Source of the DNA: Laetmonice hystrix
Taxonomy: Eukaryota
Direction: 5' to 3'
Assembly: GCA_965235115.1 (NCBI GenBank)
Contig: OZ249437.1
Coordinates: 18,104,001 to 18,168,000, forward strand
DNA: 64,000 nucleotides
Each line of letters starts with the position of its first letter. The stretch's first letter is position 1. The notes under the pieces were generated by a model. That model did no database searches. It was given only the letters and a program-made list of their open reading frames with translations, and had not been told where the DNA came from. Made by a program: the position numbers and the translations under genes. Positions 24,801-38,579 of the stretch are shown one piece after another.

Positions 24801-27800
24801 GCTCATTGGTGGTCACATGCTGGAGAGTCTAGCATAACACAACAACCAATGTGATTGTGTCAAGGCTTGATGCCCTGGGCGGTTTGCAGCCATGTTAAAG
24901 GGGAACTCGAGCTATTAGAAATAGAAAATACACTTAGCCCAGTAAATCTGAAGGGAACTTGGCAGAGGCGAGCGCCAAAGGCTCGAACCGTTCAGGTGGC
25001 GGGGAATTGGGGGCCTCACAGAATTTTTTGTAATTTGTACGGCTAAAAATGTTGGAAATTTAGCCGAGGCAGCTGCCTCAATTCAATTTACGGCCCTACT
25101 TTAGGGCTACTTAAGACTAGGGCCTATGTATTGCTTTGGTTGCATTGGTATTCGGTCAAATATAATTTGCAAATTATTTTACATTTGATATTGCAAACAT
25201 GTTCATCTAAGTACGCCTGTAGACACAGTAGGGTAGACCTAGGCCTACACTAGTTTTGTGTACGTCAGCGAACGTGCCCCTTTAATTACGACAAATGTAG
25301 TTGGTCCCGTGTGAGTGAAACGCCTGCAGCATCACTTCTAGACCATAATAGTGGTCATGATAAAAACATGGGCGTTCTTCACGTTTAATGAGAATAGGTA
25401 AGTAATATGTTCCTTGACCCCTCTGTAGATAAAATCATGAACATGACCACGGAGTTTAGATACACTTCATGCACTTCAAGGCAACTGTTAGGCCTATCCG
25501 ATTTTTTTCTGCGGGACCTGTACAAATGGGGGCCTATATTCAATCAATATCTTTACCAATCCCATCAAGAACAGCAAAGGTCGCTTTATATGAGCAAACT
25601 GGGCCAAGGAGCTCTGCCGCTAATCATGTCCAGAAAAAGTAGTTTCAATTACGCCGGCAAGGGAAAAACATTTAGGCCTACGATATTATACGGAGTAGCC
25701 CTGGCCTTTTCAAGTTCACTTTTAAAGGGAAACAATTTACCGTCACCCCTGTTTGAGTTTATGATTGTAAAACTGTGAAGGTCGACTCTATAATTATAGC
25801 TCCAAATCACCAGACAGTTGTTGAACTAGGCCTACATTAAACACTGAGCACTGATTTGTAGTAGGAGTACTCGCTTGCAGGCCGGCAGCCGTTATCCATG
25901 TGGTTACCTTATGCCACGACACAGGCCCAAACAGGTATCACGCCGCTAACTTTAAAACACCCTCCACAGAGTCCGCGCTTCAGTTTTTTTTTTATAGCGT
26001 GACTCAAATTATGATTACTCAAGTGTTCCCTTTTGTTGAGTGTCGCAAATTCTGGGTTATTATTTTGGTAGTCGAGAGGTGAGAACAGGTGGGTGGGTAT
26101 GGGTGGGGTCTAGGCGCGGTTGAGCAAGCTTATCTTCAAAATATCTTAAGGCAGACTGTAATCAACAATGATATCAATCCTGAAACTAACTGAAGCAACT
26201 ATTTTAAATACAAATGTCTCATAGCATATAGCATTTAGGAGGTCACTAATTTATAATTCACTGAAAGGCACACCCTTCCCTACGTCATATAGGTCTGCAT
26301 ATCACAAAAGCATGGTTTAATAGGCTATTTGGCAATAGGCCTAGTTACTGTCCAGGTATAGATCTATAACTTTACTATCCGTCGTAACCAACTTTCCGTG
26401 AAATGAACCCCAGAATATTCTCACAAATGAAAAACAAAATTAACACCACAATATGTTGATCATGCGTCCCATGGTTAACTCGATCATTGGTATAATGTGT
26501 CCCACATACAACCAATCCCAATGACTGTAATACCTATTAGCCCACTTCGAGCCTTGAAATTCCGTTTGGCAATGTTCCTGTGGTCACTCGAGTCCAATAA
26601 CACGGGCAGAATCCACACAAGTGTTTAGTGTGTCCGACCAGGGCAGCCCCGCCACTAACCTGAGTTATAGGAGAGGTCATGTATATGGCCACCATATTAA
26701 GGTTTCACCAATTACTGATCAATATCATCAAGTGCCGCAAAGTTGGCATTTTAAAACGAGATCAGAAGATGAAGATGTACAAGTGCAGAATTTCATTCCA
26801 TATTTTTCTGTCCCTTTTTCATCTTTTATGGTATTTGCCCACGAACTTGTAAACTAAAACTATATTAACTTGTCGTGTAATTAAGATTCAATGTATTTCG
26901 TATGTAGGCCTAAGTGTTCGTAATAATGTTTTTATCAGTACAAAACTGCTCACAACTCCTGATATTTTTTAGTGTTTTATATTATAGACGTGAGCGGCTG
27001 TAGGCACCTGTTGGACGTGTGGTCACACCACGCTGTCCGCTGACAGGTTTTTGATAAGACACTGATGTGTTCTCATTGGCAGTGTTGATGGTAGGAAAAC
27101 AATGGGTGTAAGGTTCACTTTCCACTCCGATTAGATTATACACAATATCTATAGTCGCTCCAGAGGCTATGGACGGTTTGGCTGTAAATATTTTGGAGTA
27201 TCTGGTCAATCAATGTCAGTAGCCATTCTGTCATTGATTTGAGACGGCATTCATTCAGTATAAAAACTAACATGCGGTAGGCCCCTAATAGGTCTATATG
27301 CAAACAGAATAGATCTGCAACACAACCGATTCAATATTAGTAAAGCGCCTCCTTGTAAATGTTGATGCCACTGACGGACCCAGGCAGGTGTATACCAACA
27401 AAAACGGCAGAGGTTTGGCAGGCGCGACGTTTAGGACCACGCGGTCAAGGAAATGATGCTAGCGCACTGCGAGACTATAGGTGCGAGTGACACGGAAATG
27501 AAGATAGATTCTTCCACGGAGAATGTCACGGCTTCGGGACCATGATAAGGGGAACGAAAGATTCTAGGAGTTGACATAGGTCAATATGATGAAATTGAGA
27601 TCCCATTTTTCTAGGCCTATGAGCCTATTCGGATAGGAACATGCGTCGACCTTAGGCCTATAAATGATAGAAATAAAGCCATAGGTAGACCTAGACCTAG
27701 ACCTAATAGCTAAGTGATTTATAGACCCCCATGTAAAAAAAGGAGAGAATAACTTATCGGGTGTATCTGAGGTTTGCTTTTATTATGCGGTTTATTCAAG

Positions 27801-27809
27801 TCTGCATAC

Positions 27810-28236
27810 CTTCTTTGATTGCCTTGCCGTACACCATCGTTGATGACGTCATTGAGCCTGACAAACTGTTGACGTTGTCCCGAGACGCCTGCTGCGCCTG
27901 CGCGGGGCCGCCATGGCGACCGGCGGCGAATCGTGCGGGCGGAGAGGGTTGCTGTAACGGATGCCGCTGCGGAAGGGCGTTGTTTGCGGATGGATGCGCG
28001 GACAGTGTGGTTGACACGATGTTCTGCGGCATGGTGCGGTTCTCTGTGATATTGGACAGACGAGGCTGCGTCCCCTGAGTGTCTCCCTGCGTGCAGGAGG
28101 TCGGCGGCGGTGGTGGCTGTGGGGTCCCGGGCTGAACCTGCAGCCGGGGGATGGCTTGTTTCCCCCCGGCCGGACCTTGTGACCTGGCCGGCCCGTCCGC
28201 CCCGACACCACGCTTCGTGTGCCTACCAGGGTTCAT
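27810..28236 (-). CDS. GLIS3: GLIS1/3-type zinc-finger TF, probable first coding exon (MNPGRHTK...KAIKE)
   Basis: Acceptor tcttattgcttcAG|GATT-ATG at 28241/28240 and ATG at 28236. Open Pro/Gln/Ser-rich frame of 427 nt ending at donor GAAG|GTATGC (27810/27809). It ends in phase 1, matching the phase-1 acceptor of the next exon. The protein sequence itself is poorly conserved, so support is mainly splice logic. Confidence 0.7.
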
Positions 28237-30000
28237 AATCCTGAAGCAATAAGAATAAATAGGATCATACACATAGTTTAATCCAAGATGAACCTACTGT
28301 TAGCCAGCTACTAGGCCCAGGTATTTCAATGTTTATCAAACATAAATCAATATGCAATGTAGGCCTGTATCAGTAGGCATATTGCATAACAAAAGAAACA
28401 TTCATTTCGATGAACTGCAACATCATGATCTGCAAGTCAGTATCTGTAGGAAGGCTCAACAGTCAACATGGTAAATCTAGATCAGCAGGAGATTAGTTGG
28501 CCTATATCTTTGTAAGCCTATTCATTGCACAATTCGAAAAAAATCCTAGGGCCTATCACATCCCAGCCCGAGGATCGATGTGAAGATCGTTATCAAACGA
28601 ATGGGGTCGTTTTTATTTTTGGGAGGGGGGGGGGTAAAAATCCCTGATTCGATATGGTCAGAAATGACACACACTTTACTTAAGAAATCAGTTAACGATG
28701 CCTTGACATCTTATTTAAATTTCTATGTGACTAGCCGACTCTAAGCCTAGGTTTAGAGTAGGCTAATCTAAGTGGTTAAAGTGACCGGTGATCGATCTCT
28801 GTTAGAAGCCAGTTACCATGTAGTGGGTGGGGCTGGCTGTAACATAGACAAACCATCAAGGTCATCAGCTGCCATAGGGATGAAGAGAAGTACCAACCCC
28901 CTGGTCATTGACACCTGCCCATTAATCACGCATTGACAGACTCCGCTATCCTCATGCAAATGGCCGTCATTGTCACACAAATGGATGCTGTGATGCAGAA
29001 CCAGGGTAGAGTGGCGCATCAGCTGCTAATTACCAGCACTGACTTTCGGTCATCCACAAGTCGGGTTTGCTTACCCCCCCCTCCAATCCGGGGTGCGGCT
29101 GATTTACCCCTATATAATATATAAAGGACATACAGACATATATCGCCAACCCCACTGCTCCCATCCCATCACGGTATAGACCTATAACTGTAAGATAACA
29201 AAGAGTGAAAGTTAATCTGGTCTCCTCATCAGGTATACATAGGGCATACTATCTGTGAATCCGTACCAAAGTGTCATCTCTCTTGATATATTCATTATAA
29301 AGTAGCATTATATACCTCTATCGTAGTCTACGGCAGTCGCAAGAAAGGATTCTGAATGCGATCGGCGTAGAACGTCGGCTTCCCTGAGGAACTGGGTCTC
29401 CAATGTGTGAGAGGTAATCCGTCAAGTATCGATGTTAATAGCATGCTAGATTCTACACTTTTCTCTCAGTTATGCCAGGTCTATATAATCTATGCTTCAC
29501 ACTAAACTGATTTCTCTACTGAGGACTTTCGATCCCATGACTGTTTATAACCTTGTCGAGTACAGGCTCGTATACAAACAACCAGATAGTGATAAGATTA
29601 CATTAGGATCAGTAGTGAGAGTTCTTGAGCTTCTCCCCTTCACCTATCTGGCTCTGCTCCAGTCCTTAATCCACGGTCACAAGTTTTTGTCACGGATCAC
29701 AGCAGAAGTCACGACCACTGCTCGTTCTATACTTCCAGGGTTGTAAGTCCCTGGTCATGTGACACCAAGCCTCAAGGTCGCGACATGCAATACACCACTG
29801 CCCGCATCGCTGGCCCAAATAGGAACTGCATTGCCTTAGCTGAAGCACAAAAGTATTGCAACAGGCCCTCTATACTAGAGGCGTACATTCAGCCGTGTCC
29901 TGTCAATTTCACATTACATATCAGATGTCGAGTTTTGTTGTATAAAAGTAGTATTGAAAGCTTAGTCAGAGTGCAGAAGGACGTTCGTTTTGGTGTCACC

Positions 30001-30235
30001 ATGCCAAAAGTACGAGATCTGACAACTGCAGAACGGGAAGAAATCGTCTGCTTCGTGAGAGGAAAGTTTTTCGGTCCAAAATATTGCCAGACGGTTTCAC
30101 TGTTGCCGCCAAACAGTTTACGGGTATGGGCGAGGTACCAATAAACTACAGACAAGAGAAAGATTTACAAGTGGTCGGTCGAGAAAACGACAGCAAGAGA
30201 AGATCGACGTCTTCTCAGGACAATGCACAAAAGGA
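30001..30235 (+). pseudogene. Tc1/mariner transposase N-terminal HTH fossil (frameshifted, premature stop)
   Basis: ATG at 30001 gives MPKVRDLTTAEREEIVCFVRGK. Shifted frames then give FSVQNIARRFHCCRQTV, RVWARYQ*, SGRSRK and KTTAREDRRLLR, the typical Tc1 paired-HTH and GRPR-linker layout. TATAAAAG at 29941. No DDE domain follows. Confidence 0.75.
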
Positions 30236-30954
30236 TGGCCGCCATGGTTCGGTCACGTGGCTACCCTATATACTAAATGACTTGAGTCTCATCATGAAAA
30301 ATAAAAACTATATGTACTGGTTAACATTGAATGTAAACTTGTACTGAATAAAGTCAAAACTGACAAAAAAAGATGGTTAATATGTTATTTCAAACTGAAC
30401 GTTGATGTCTCTGCAGTCTGCCCATGTTAGAGTACCAATGTCCAGTGTGTGTATAATGTTACATAGGTGAACTGGGTAAGCGCCAAATGTTCAGGTGTTA
30501 CCTTTCATATGGTTATTATCCCCATAACACAATCCATGTGGTGACATTATGCCATCAAAACATAAAACCATATTTGAATGTATTTTCATGTCAATAGGGC
30601 CAGGCCATATAATTTCACAGCTTTTAACAGCTGTATATAAGTCCAACCAGTGGTGAGTATTCAATAAAGAAAAGATTACTTAAAAAATACTGATTAACAT
30701 GTTTGCCATGATCAAATCCGATTGGAGTTAGAGTTTGACTGTACCACTTAGCCTAGATATTGTATACATGAAAATATACCCGTATGTGGGCAGATATCGG
30801 GAGTTCATCTACATAGGGCTAATCCGATATGTAGGACGGATTAGTCAATGAACTCCAACCGTGACATCATGCACGTTTATAACCCTTCTATAGTAAGTGT
30901 TGCCTGCCACGTTTGGCAGACTCTATGGATTGACAGACTAGTCGTCAAAACACC

Positions 30955-31152
30955 ATAACTCACACCAGAAAGGTATTTCGATCCGCGGCATATTTTAGGC
31001 TGCATGTGTGATAGGTTTGTCAGTCAGTTCCTTCCCGGAGGCCGGTGGTTTCCTCCGGGTACTCCGGTTTCCTCCACCAAGAAAACCTGACTTTCATCAT
31101 CATCTTAACCGATATATAACCCTGGCTGTTGCAAGGCGTAAAACCCCAAATA
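30955..31152 (+). mobile_element. SINE copy with V-domain-like core
   Basis: ggtggtttcctccgggtactccggtttcctccacc core, characteristic of V-type/core-domain SINEs. Shares gctgcatgtgtga..aggttt.tcagtca and the tail aaggcgtaaaaccccaaat with the 15.4-kb copy. B-box remnant ttcgatcc near 30977. Confidence 0.75.
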
Positions 31153-32817
31153 CCCACCCCACCTATATTTCTTTGACTTTGTCTGAAGGTGCTTCCTTAT
31201 TTCCATTCATTTTAATCCTATATCCCTTGCTCGACTAAGAGCTTAATTTCACAGATCAGAGTTCCTGTATTCAGAAAGGTTTCCTGAGGCTCTGGGTACA
31301 AGATGACAATGTCAACACCTTACCTGTCAAGCCACTCATCTAGGCCTATCTGAATCTCATCAACTTCCATCCTTGAGCTGGCTCAGTCTATAAGTGATGA
31401 GATACGAGCGGTCAAGTCTAACTTTATACATTTCGGGCACTGATTCCACACGGATCATCTACATCTATTCCCTCGCAAACATTCACTTTTCTGTGCACGA
31501 CACATCAAACTCGGCCCAAATTCTGATCGAAGTCGGCATACCATGCGGTGCAGTATGAAATAAAATGGAAGCAAAACAAAGATGCGGTGTTTGGTATTCC
31601 TATCTGTTCCGGACCCACCCTATAAAACGATCTGCAGAGTCATTCCGCTCCTTTATTCCCACCTGTGATTGGCAAATAAAACCAAAATCAGACAGTTTCG
31701 GAAAAAGCACGAAAACAGTTCAAAACCTAGGACAAATACCAGAGCTGATCCTCTGGCATTTGAAAAATGCCAGAATCATGAGCGAAGTGTCCGTTTCCAG
31801 GATCCTAACCCATTGTTGTTGATTGGGTAACGTTAAAGTTTACAAAGTCACACCCGAGTGGCCTTGTGGTGAATTGGCTTACGGTGTGCCCCGGTAGGAA
31901 AAGCATGGCACGAATGCTACAAATGCTGTTAGTACGAGCCGGGGTTAATAAACTTGCCCCGACATTGGTAACATTTTTCAGGCTCTTGGCCGGTCCTCTA
32001 TTGCCTCCCATGCTTCAATAGAATAAGCTTTATTTGGCAACACCTTCAACAACGGTGTTTGCTCATCACATACAAGTGGTAGAGCCACTCGTGTGTGTGC
32101 AGGGGGCTTTCAGTGCCGACAATCCAATACTTGTAAAGCCACAGCGCACGTCACAACTCCCAGATCTAGTACTCACACCTTCAGGAACTCCCTCGTCCCT
32201 GCACAACATCATTTACTCTGGCATTTCTCCTCAGGTGCTCCAAGTAATGCTCAAATGCCACTCCATATATGGCACGAGTGTCCTTCCATTCACACCTGTA
32301 TCTGTGAGAGCTGTGGCGGGGAAGAGACGTCATGAAGACGTATTGTCAGCATGCGATCTCTCCGTAAAGATTTAGAGATCCTTGATTTATGATCCTCGCA
32401 CGGGAACTGGCTTTGCTGCAATGACAAGGTCAGTAGCCAATGCTTCCATCTGCAGTTACTGCAATGTTTAAATAACAACTGAACTATGGATAATATGGAC
32501 GATCATAATAGATCACGAGGGAAGATAGTGCTCCTTGCCTGGCGATGACTGTCACAAATGTTATACTATACATGTATAGTGTTCCTAGGAGACTATGACA
32601 CTACAATTGCTCCATACTAAACTATGAGGCAATAATGTCACGCTATGCTCCATGCCAAAATTATGACACCAGCCGGTGACACTGTGCTCCATACCAAAGT
32701 ATAAGACCAGAGTCAAGTGTTTATACCAGCCAATGAGGGTCATACATAGTGCTCTATACCAGCATATGAGATCCACTATAGAATGGCCATGGGACAATGG
32801 AGACCATGCAAACACGA

Positions 32818-33592
32818 AGTATATAGAGATACTATCAGGCCGTAAACTCCGGGACGTGAGTCCTGAGTACATACAGTATACAGGGATACTATCAGGCCGT
32901 AACTCCGGGACGTGAGTCCTGAGTACACACAGTATACAGGGATACTATCAGACCGTAAACTCCGGGACGTGAGTCCTGAGTACATACAGTATACAGGGAT
33001 ACTATCAGGCCGTAAACTCCGGGACGTGAGTCCTGAGTACATACAGTATACAGGGATACTATCAGACCGTAAACTCCGGGACGTGAGTCCTGAGTACATA
33101 CAGTATACAGGGATACTATCAGACCGTAAACTCCGGGACGTGAGTCCTGAGTACAGTATACAGGGATACTATCAGACCGTAAACTCCGGGACGTGAGTCC
33201 TGAGTACAGTATACAGGGATACTATCAGACCGTAAACCCCGGGACGTGAGTCCTGCGTACATACAGTATACAGGGATACTATCAGACCGTAAACTCCGGG
33301 ACGTGAGTCCTGAGTACACACAGTATACAGAGATACTATCAGACCGTAAACCCCGGGACTAAGTCCTGAGTACATACAGTATACAGGGATACTATCAGAC
33401 CGTAAACTCTGGGACGTGAGTCCTGAGTACACACAGTATACAGGGATACTATCAGACCGTAAACTCCGGGACGTGAGTCCTGAGTACATACAGTATACAG
33501 GGATACTATCAGACCGTAAACTCCGGGACGTGAGTCCTGAGTACATACAGTGTACAGGGATACTATCAGACCGTAAACTCCGGGACGTGAGT
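32818..33592. repeat. 57-bp minisatellite, about 13-14 copies
   Basis: Unit gtatacagggatactatcagaccgtaaactccgggacgtgagtcctgagtacataca. Some units lack taca or a single base. Confidence 0.97.
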
Positions 33593-34008
33593 CATTTCAG
33601 TCAGTCAGGCTCGTTCAGAAACTTCATTACAATAAAGACGTGTGGAATATACAAATGAAACATTGTCCCCACTATCATTGCGTAATCCTGATCTTTTAGA
33701 ATCTCTGTCATATCCTCCTGACGCTGATCTTGTGACTTAGGTAAGCACTCATCATTCGTGAATTCCCTGTCCCCGCATAATGAAGTCACTACCTTGGTTA
33801 TAATCTTACCGATGGTACCTGAACTTTGAACGAAACCTATTATCAAGTTCTCATTAATCCCAACCACTGTTGACAAGACACTGCTACCTTCAGATGGCGA
33901 TTTTCACAACTCCTCGACTGACTGATTCTTGCTCGCAGCCATCTTCCCAAACCAGACATGTTATCACCGAGACAGCAATCGGACATTGGCAATGGGCCGC
34001 ACCACGTA

Positions 34009-34148
34009 CTGGCGGAAAGGGGGGGGGGTTCAGGGGGTTTAACCCCCCCCCCCCCCTCAGAGCGTTAGGGCTCCCTCGCTTCGCGAGCTCGGCACTGTTG
34101 GCGTCCCTGTAACCCCCCCCCCTTGGAAAAAAACTAGATCCGCCCCTG
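34009..34148. mobile_element. Poly-G/poly-C MITE-like element
   Basis: Right end gatccgcccctg and degenerate left end tggcgga followed by a G run. Internal gggggttcagggggtttaacccccccccc fold-back. Left TIR is imperfect and no TSD was found. Confidence 0.45.
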
Positions 34149-34451
34149 CGCACGTGTAGTATATCCGTGTTTCGGATAGCACGGCAATGTATAATCTGCC
34201 GGTAATACATGACTTCCTTATAACACTGCACCACAACCAGGCACACCAACATGTATCGGGAAGAACTTTGCCTTTGAATTTAACAAATACTATTATAGTT
34301 CGAAGCTTTAACAATTCCACCCTCCTCGGAACCTGGCGTGATACTGACCAGCAGCCTTAACCATTTGGCTTCACCGGAAACGCTCATTCGATTCTTGAGC
34401 TCGCACTGGACGAATCCGCAAAAGACATTAAGATTGCTATCTGATCATGGC

Positions 34452-34805
34452 CTTTTCAATTGGAAAAAAATCCATATTTTCCGTCCTTGCAGTTCCCTAG
34501 TTACAAGAAACTGGACATGAACCTTAAAGGTCAATGGAACTTTTCAATTGGAATAAAATCCATATTTTCCGTCCTTGCAGTTCCCTGGTTACAAGAAACT
34601 GGACATGAACCTTAAAGATCAGTGGAACTTTTCAATTGGAAAAAAATCCATATTTTCCGTTCTTGCAGTTCCCTGGTTACAAGAAACTGGACATGAACCT
34701 TAAAGATGCAGTCGAACTTTTCAATTGGAAAGAAATCCATATTTTCCGTTCTTGCAGTTCCCTGGTTACAAGAAACTAGACATGAACCTTAAAAGTCAAT
34801 GGAAC
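34452..34805. repeat. 88-89-bp tandem repeat, 4 copies
   Basis: cttttcaattgg recurs at 34452, 34540, 34628 and 34717. Confidence 0.95.
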
Positions 34806-36714
34806 GCCCATTCTTCTGTCACATTATCATATATACCGGCACCTTTTAGTGAAGTATCTATATTTACCCTTGCCGACTCTCCCGACAGACAAGTATAGTT
34901 CCATCGGGTCCAGGCCAACCAATTCTTATAGTGAGCCATCAATTAAACCTTTATTCTGTCGACAAAACATCCACTAATCATCTTGAACTTGGACATATAT
35001 CCCTCTGATTTGTGTCAGAGTAATTGACATCTCTTCCCTATATTCATAGTACTGACGGTAAAAATTCACCATATTTAATATCAAGATTTATACATGTTGT
35101 ATTCTAATGGCAATGGTGTCGTGGTTCTAAAAGAGCTTACACAAACTTCCATCTATATAAAAGGAAGACAAATACAATCCCTGCAAGCCACAAGTATTGC
35201 ATTACAGCAAGTAATAACATGACCCATACGATAAACAAATGACATTATATTTATAGCTTCCTGGTTGTAAGACCTATTGCTGATGCTGTAATTTCCCTTC
35301 TTGAAGACAAAGTAAGCACCTGAGCAATCACGACAATACACCAAATTTACTATATTACTATACGTGTATTTCTAATATTCTCGCTTCATGACACATTCTT
35401 CCGGCGAGTTCGCCCTACATGTGATTGTAATACTATACCTAATTACACTTCTCACAGCATGCGGTTGTAATATTGCACTAATGAAGCTGGGTTTCTGCAT
35501 TTTTCTCTGCTTCAATGACGTAACCCACGATAAACACTGGCAGTGAAGTGGCGACCAAATGTTGCTCTGTGGGTTATAGCATTCGCAAGGAAACATTGCG
35601 TGGTTGACCATGGCCTTTAAGAGGTGACTTGATACTAGTGAAGTGACTTAATGTCAAGGTTAAGGCATACTAGTGCTGCTGTTATAGGTGAAACAACCAA
35701 AAGGCGAGAACTTCATCAAAGACGGTCGGCTTCAAATATGAAAGGATCAAATGAGACTAACTGCCAACGACCTGGCAATCACCTGTTGTAGGCGGTATAG
35801 CATGTATGGCCCGCGCCGTACACAGTCTTTGTGGAAACGCCTCGCAGTCGGCTATTTCTTCAAAATCGCGTCTTTATTACTTTACAAAATGATATTTGTT
35901 ATTACAATTCGCGGATTTTTTTTTAATAGTTAACACGATCTGATTGCCTTTGATGTTTACTGCTATACACCCGCTGTGGTTGATTTTTTAAAAATTGTCT
36001 AGTGGTATAATTGTGTACACCACTCTGCCCAAGATCAATTGTAATCAATGTTTAATTTGGCTAGGCCGTTTTTACGTAACTCAAGATTAGTTAGAACAGG
36101 AGATCTGATGAAGTAGGTCTACGGTAACTTTGCTCCTTCAGGATCTGGCGGAGATGTTAATTCTTCTTATCACCTTAAATTATAATCATGTCATGTGGAC
36201 ATGAATCTATATACCTATACATGTGGCCTAGCATGCATGGCTGGCTACATTACAGTGTATACGATGGCCACAAACTAACGAGAACCGAACCATTAAGTTC
36301 GTTATTCAATCTTAAAGGTAGCAATAAATTAAATCGTAAATGGAGATACATATTAATCATGTATATCCAGTTTAAAATCAAGTAACATTGCGTGACAGCA
36401 AATCCATGTAATGTTCTCTGAACGAATCTCGACGGGTTATACAGTGTAGTACCAGCGCCTTTCTTACAATTGCCAGCGAGTTATCTGGGTCTAACTATAT
36501 CTGGGTCTGTTGGCACCAACCCTGCCTAACAGTTGGAACAGCTGCCAGAGCCTGCCATGAGAACTTAAACTGGTTAAAGCCGTCAATGACTGGCAACTGC
36601 AACTTCCAAATGAAACAGGAAAGGCCAACATGTGTGTACAATATTGGGGCCTGGACCTCTGTTGAGGTCATATACCATCCATTCTGTTAACACTGGTTAA
36701 AGACCGCGCCTTAA

Positions 36715-37054
36715 AGGTGCTATTCGTGAACAAAAATTCAATTTTTTTATTTTTAATTTTGTTGACGTTTATGTGATCCCACCTATCATGGAAATAGATT
36801 CACAAAAAAGGAAATCAAAATTTTTCATGGATAACGGCACAAATGGGGCTCTCTCAGAAGGCCTGTGGAGACCCTGACACGCCCCACCATAGGAAATGGC
36901 TCTATCTCGGTGCGCACCGAGATAAGTTTCAAATGCTGCACACAAACTAATAGAAGGTTTATCAGGCCAATGGTATCGGTAGGAATTTTTTCTAGTACTA
37001 TGTGCACAATGTATGATAGGAGAAATGCCATTCTGTGCGAGACGAATAGCACCT
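36715..37054. mobile_element. Non-autonomous TTAA-targeting DNA transposon (Kolobok-like termini)
   Basis: TTAA|AGGTGCTATTCGT ... ACGAATAGCACCT|TTAA: perfect 13-bp TIRs, TTAA TSD on both sides, and RR...YY termini as in Kolobok (piggyBac would start with CC). Confidence 0.85.
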
Positions 37055-38579
37055 TTAATATCAACAGCAGCACGTGTGCATTTCCTGCAGCACGCGCTGA
37101 CTTCCCGCCTTGCTCAGGGCGCTTGGTGACCTCCGCCGTGGGCGTGTAGGCAGCACACCGACGTGCTGATCGGTGGCGGTCGGTGGCCGTGCCGCCACAC
37201 ACCACAGACCGACGTGATCTCAGGTGAACGATCGGCACCGCTCCATCTATTACGACCTTTAATCCGAACTTTACTGCTCTAAGTTTGTTTAGACTCCACG
37301 GCGTACGACAGAAACCACATATAGGTTTGACAAACACCTACCTGTGACATGCCTGCCCATATTTGATTTGGTCAACTTCTTCTTGTGGTATATTCAATGT
37401 AGGATTCCCTCCCCAAACACGATCGACAAGGCCATCTGACTAGAAATGGGTCGTCATACTACCGCTATACTGATCAGTGATCGAGCCCAACTCCACATCT
37501 TTGCGGGGGGCAATCAGCAATGAACGATCAGCAAATGAGAAGCACGGCGGTGGTTGGTTGTCAGGATATTGGTTTACCAGCCCACCGCACGAGGGCGCCG
37601 TCTGACGAGTAACACTCGACGCTCACTGAGTTCGCTTCCATGACGCGCCGAGTTCGATACTAGCACGCCACCTGGCAGAGTCAGGCCGCCACCTCAGCGA
37701 GGACGATCAGACGTCGACTCCTGATTGACAGATAGTCCTGTTAAAGGAGGAGATCCCCAGGGCCTCATTTACGACCATATTCGTGAACCAACCGACTTCT
37801 GTCCACGGAAACTGAAATGATATTCCGGCGGTTCAAAACTCGCCCCTGAAGTAGGCCTATGGCCAGTGGATTACCGCCTCCCCAGTCATGCACACATGTG
37901 GTATAACGTACATACCTTGATGTAATAGGAGAATGATATATGTGGAACCCCTGCACATTGTTTCATACCCTGTATACATCAAAATGTCAATTCGTATAAG
38001 GCTGTAGAAAAAGAATTCCGGGTTTCCGATCGACCGGTAATTTTCCACGCCAGCCAACTCCCAAAAATGTGTTAAAATTTAAAAAAAGCACTTATCAGCG
38101 GAATCCCCATACAGATACACCAAAATTCCTTCACTTTTGGCTGACGTCTCACATTCGTTTATCGTACCATCTGCTTTTCTATAACTATATTATATTTAAC
38201 CAGAGTATCAATTAGGCCTACCCGTTATTTAAAAGAATACTTTTATCATATTTTCTGTATTTTCCTATATTCCTGCATGGCGCATCACTTTCGCGTGGAT
38301 CTACTCATGGTATACAGTGTTTTATACGCCGATAAACACTTGCCCACGGATGCTAAGCCTTGATATGATCTGTTATATCACGATGGTCACATGGAGACCG
38401 GCGTAAGAAGAGCAAACCCTCTGTTAATTCACATGGATAACCTGAGATTCGTTTATCAAAGGGATTAAACTATAACAAAAGACGAGACTCCGATCTGAGA
38501 GCATGCCAACCAATACCAGCTATGGGTTCGTGTAGTCAATGGGACGGAGTTTGATAGGGGTGAGGGTATGGTAAATCAC

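Noticed and set aside
33601-33876. 91-aa minus-strand ORF with protein-like composition
   Set aside because: No recognised domain, no convincing splice sites, non-ATG start.
37200-37337. THAP-like peptide CGFCRTPWSLNKLRAVKFGLKVVIDGAVPIV on the minus strand
   Set aside because: It resembles the THAP AVP motif, but the C2CH ligands cannot be placed and it lies outside the adjacent TTAA element. An HMMER search against the Pfam THAP model would decide.
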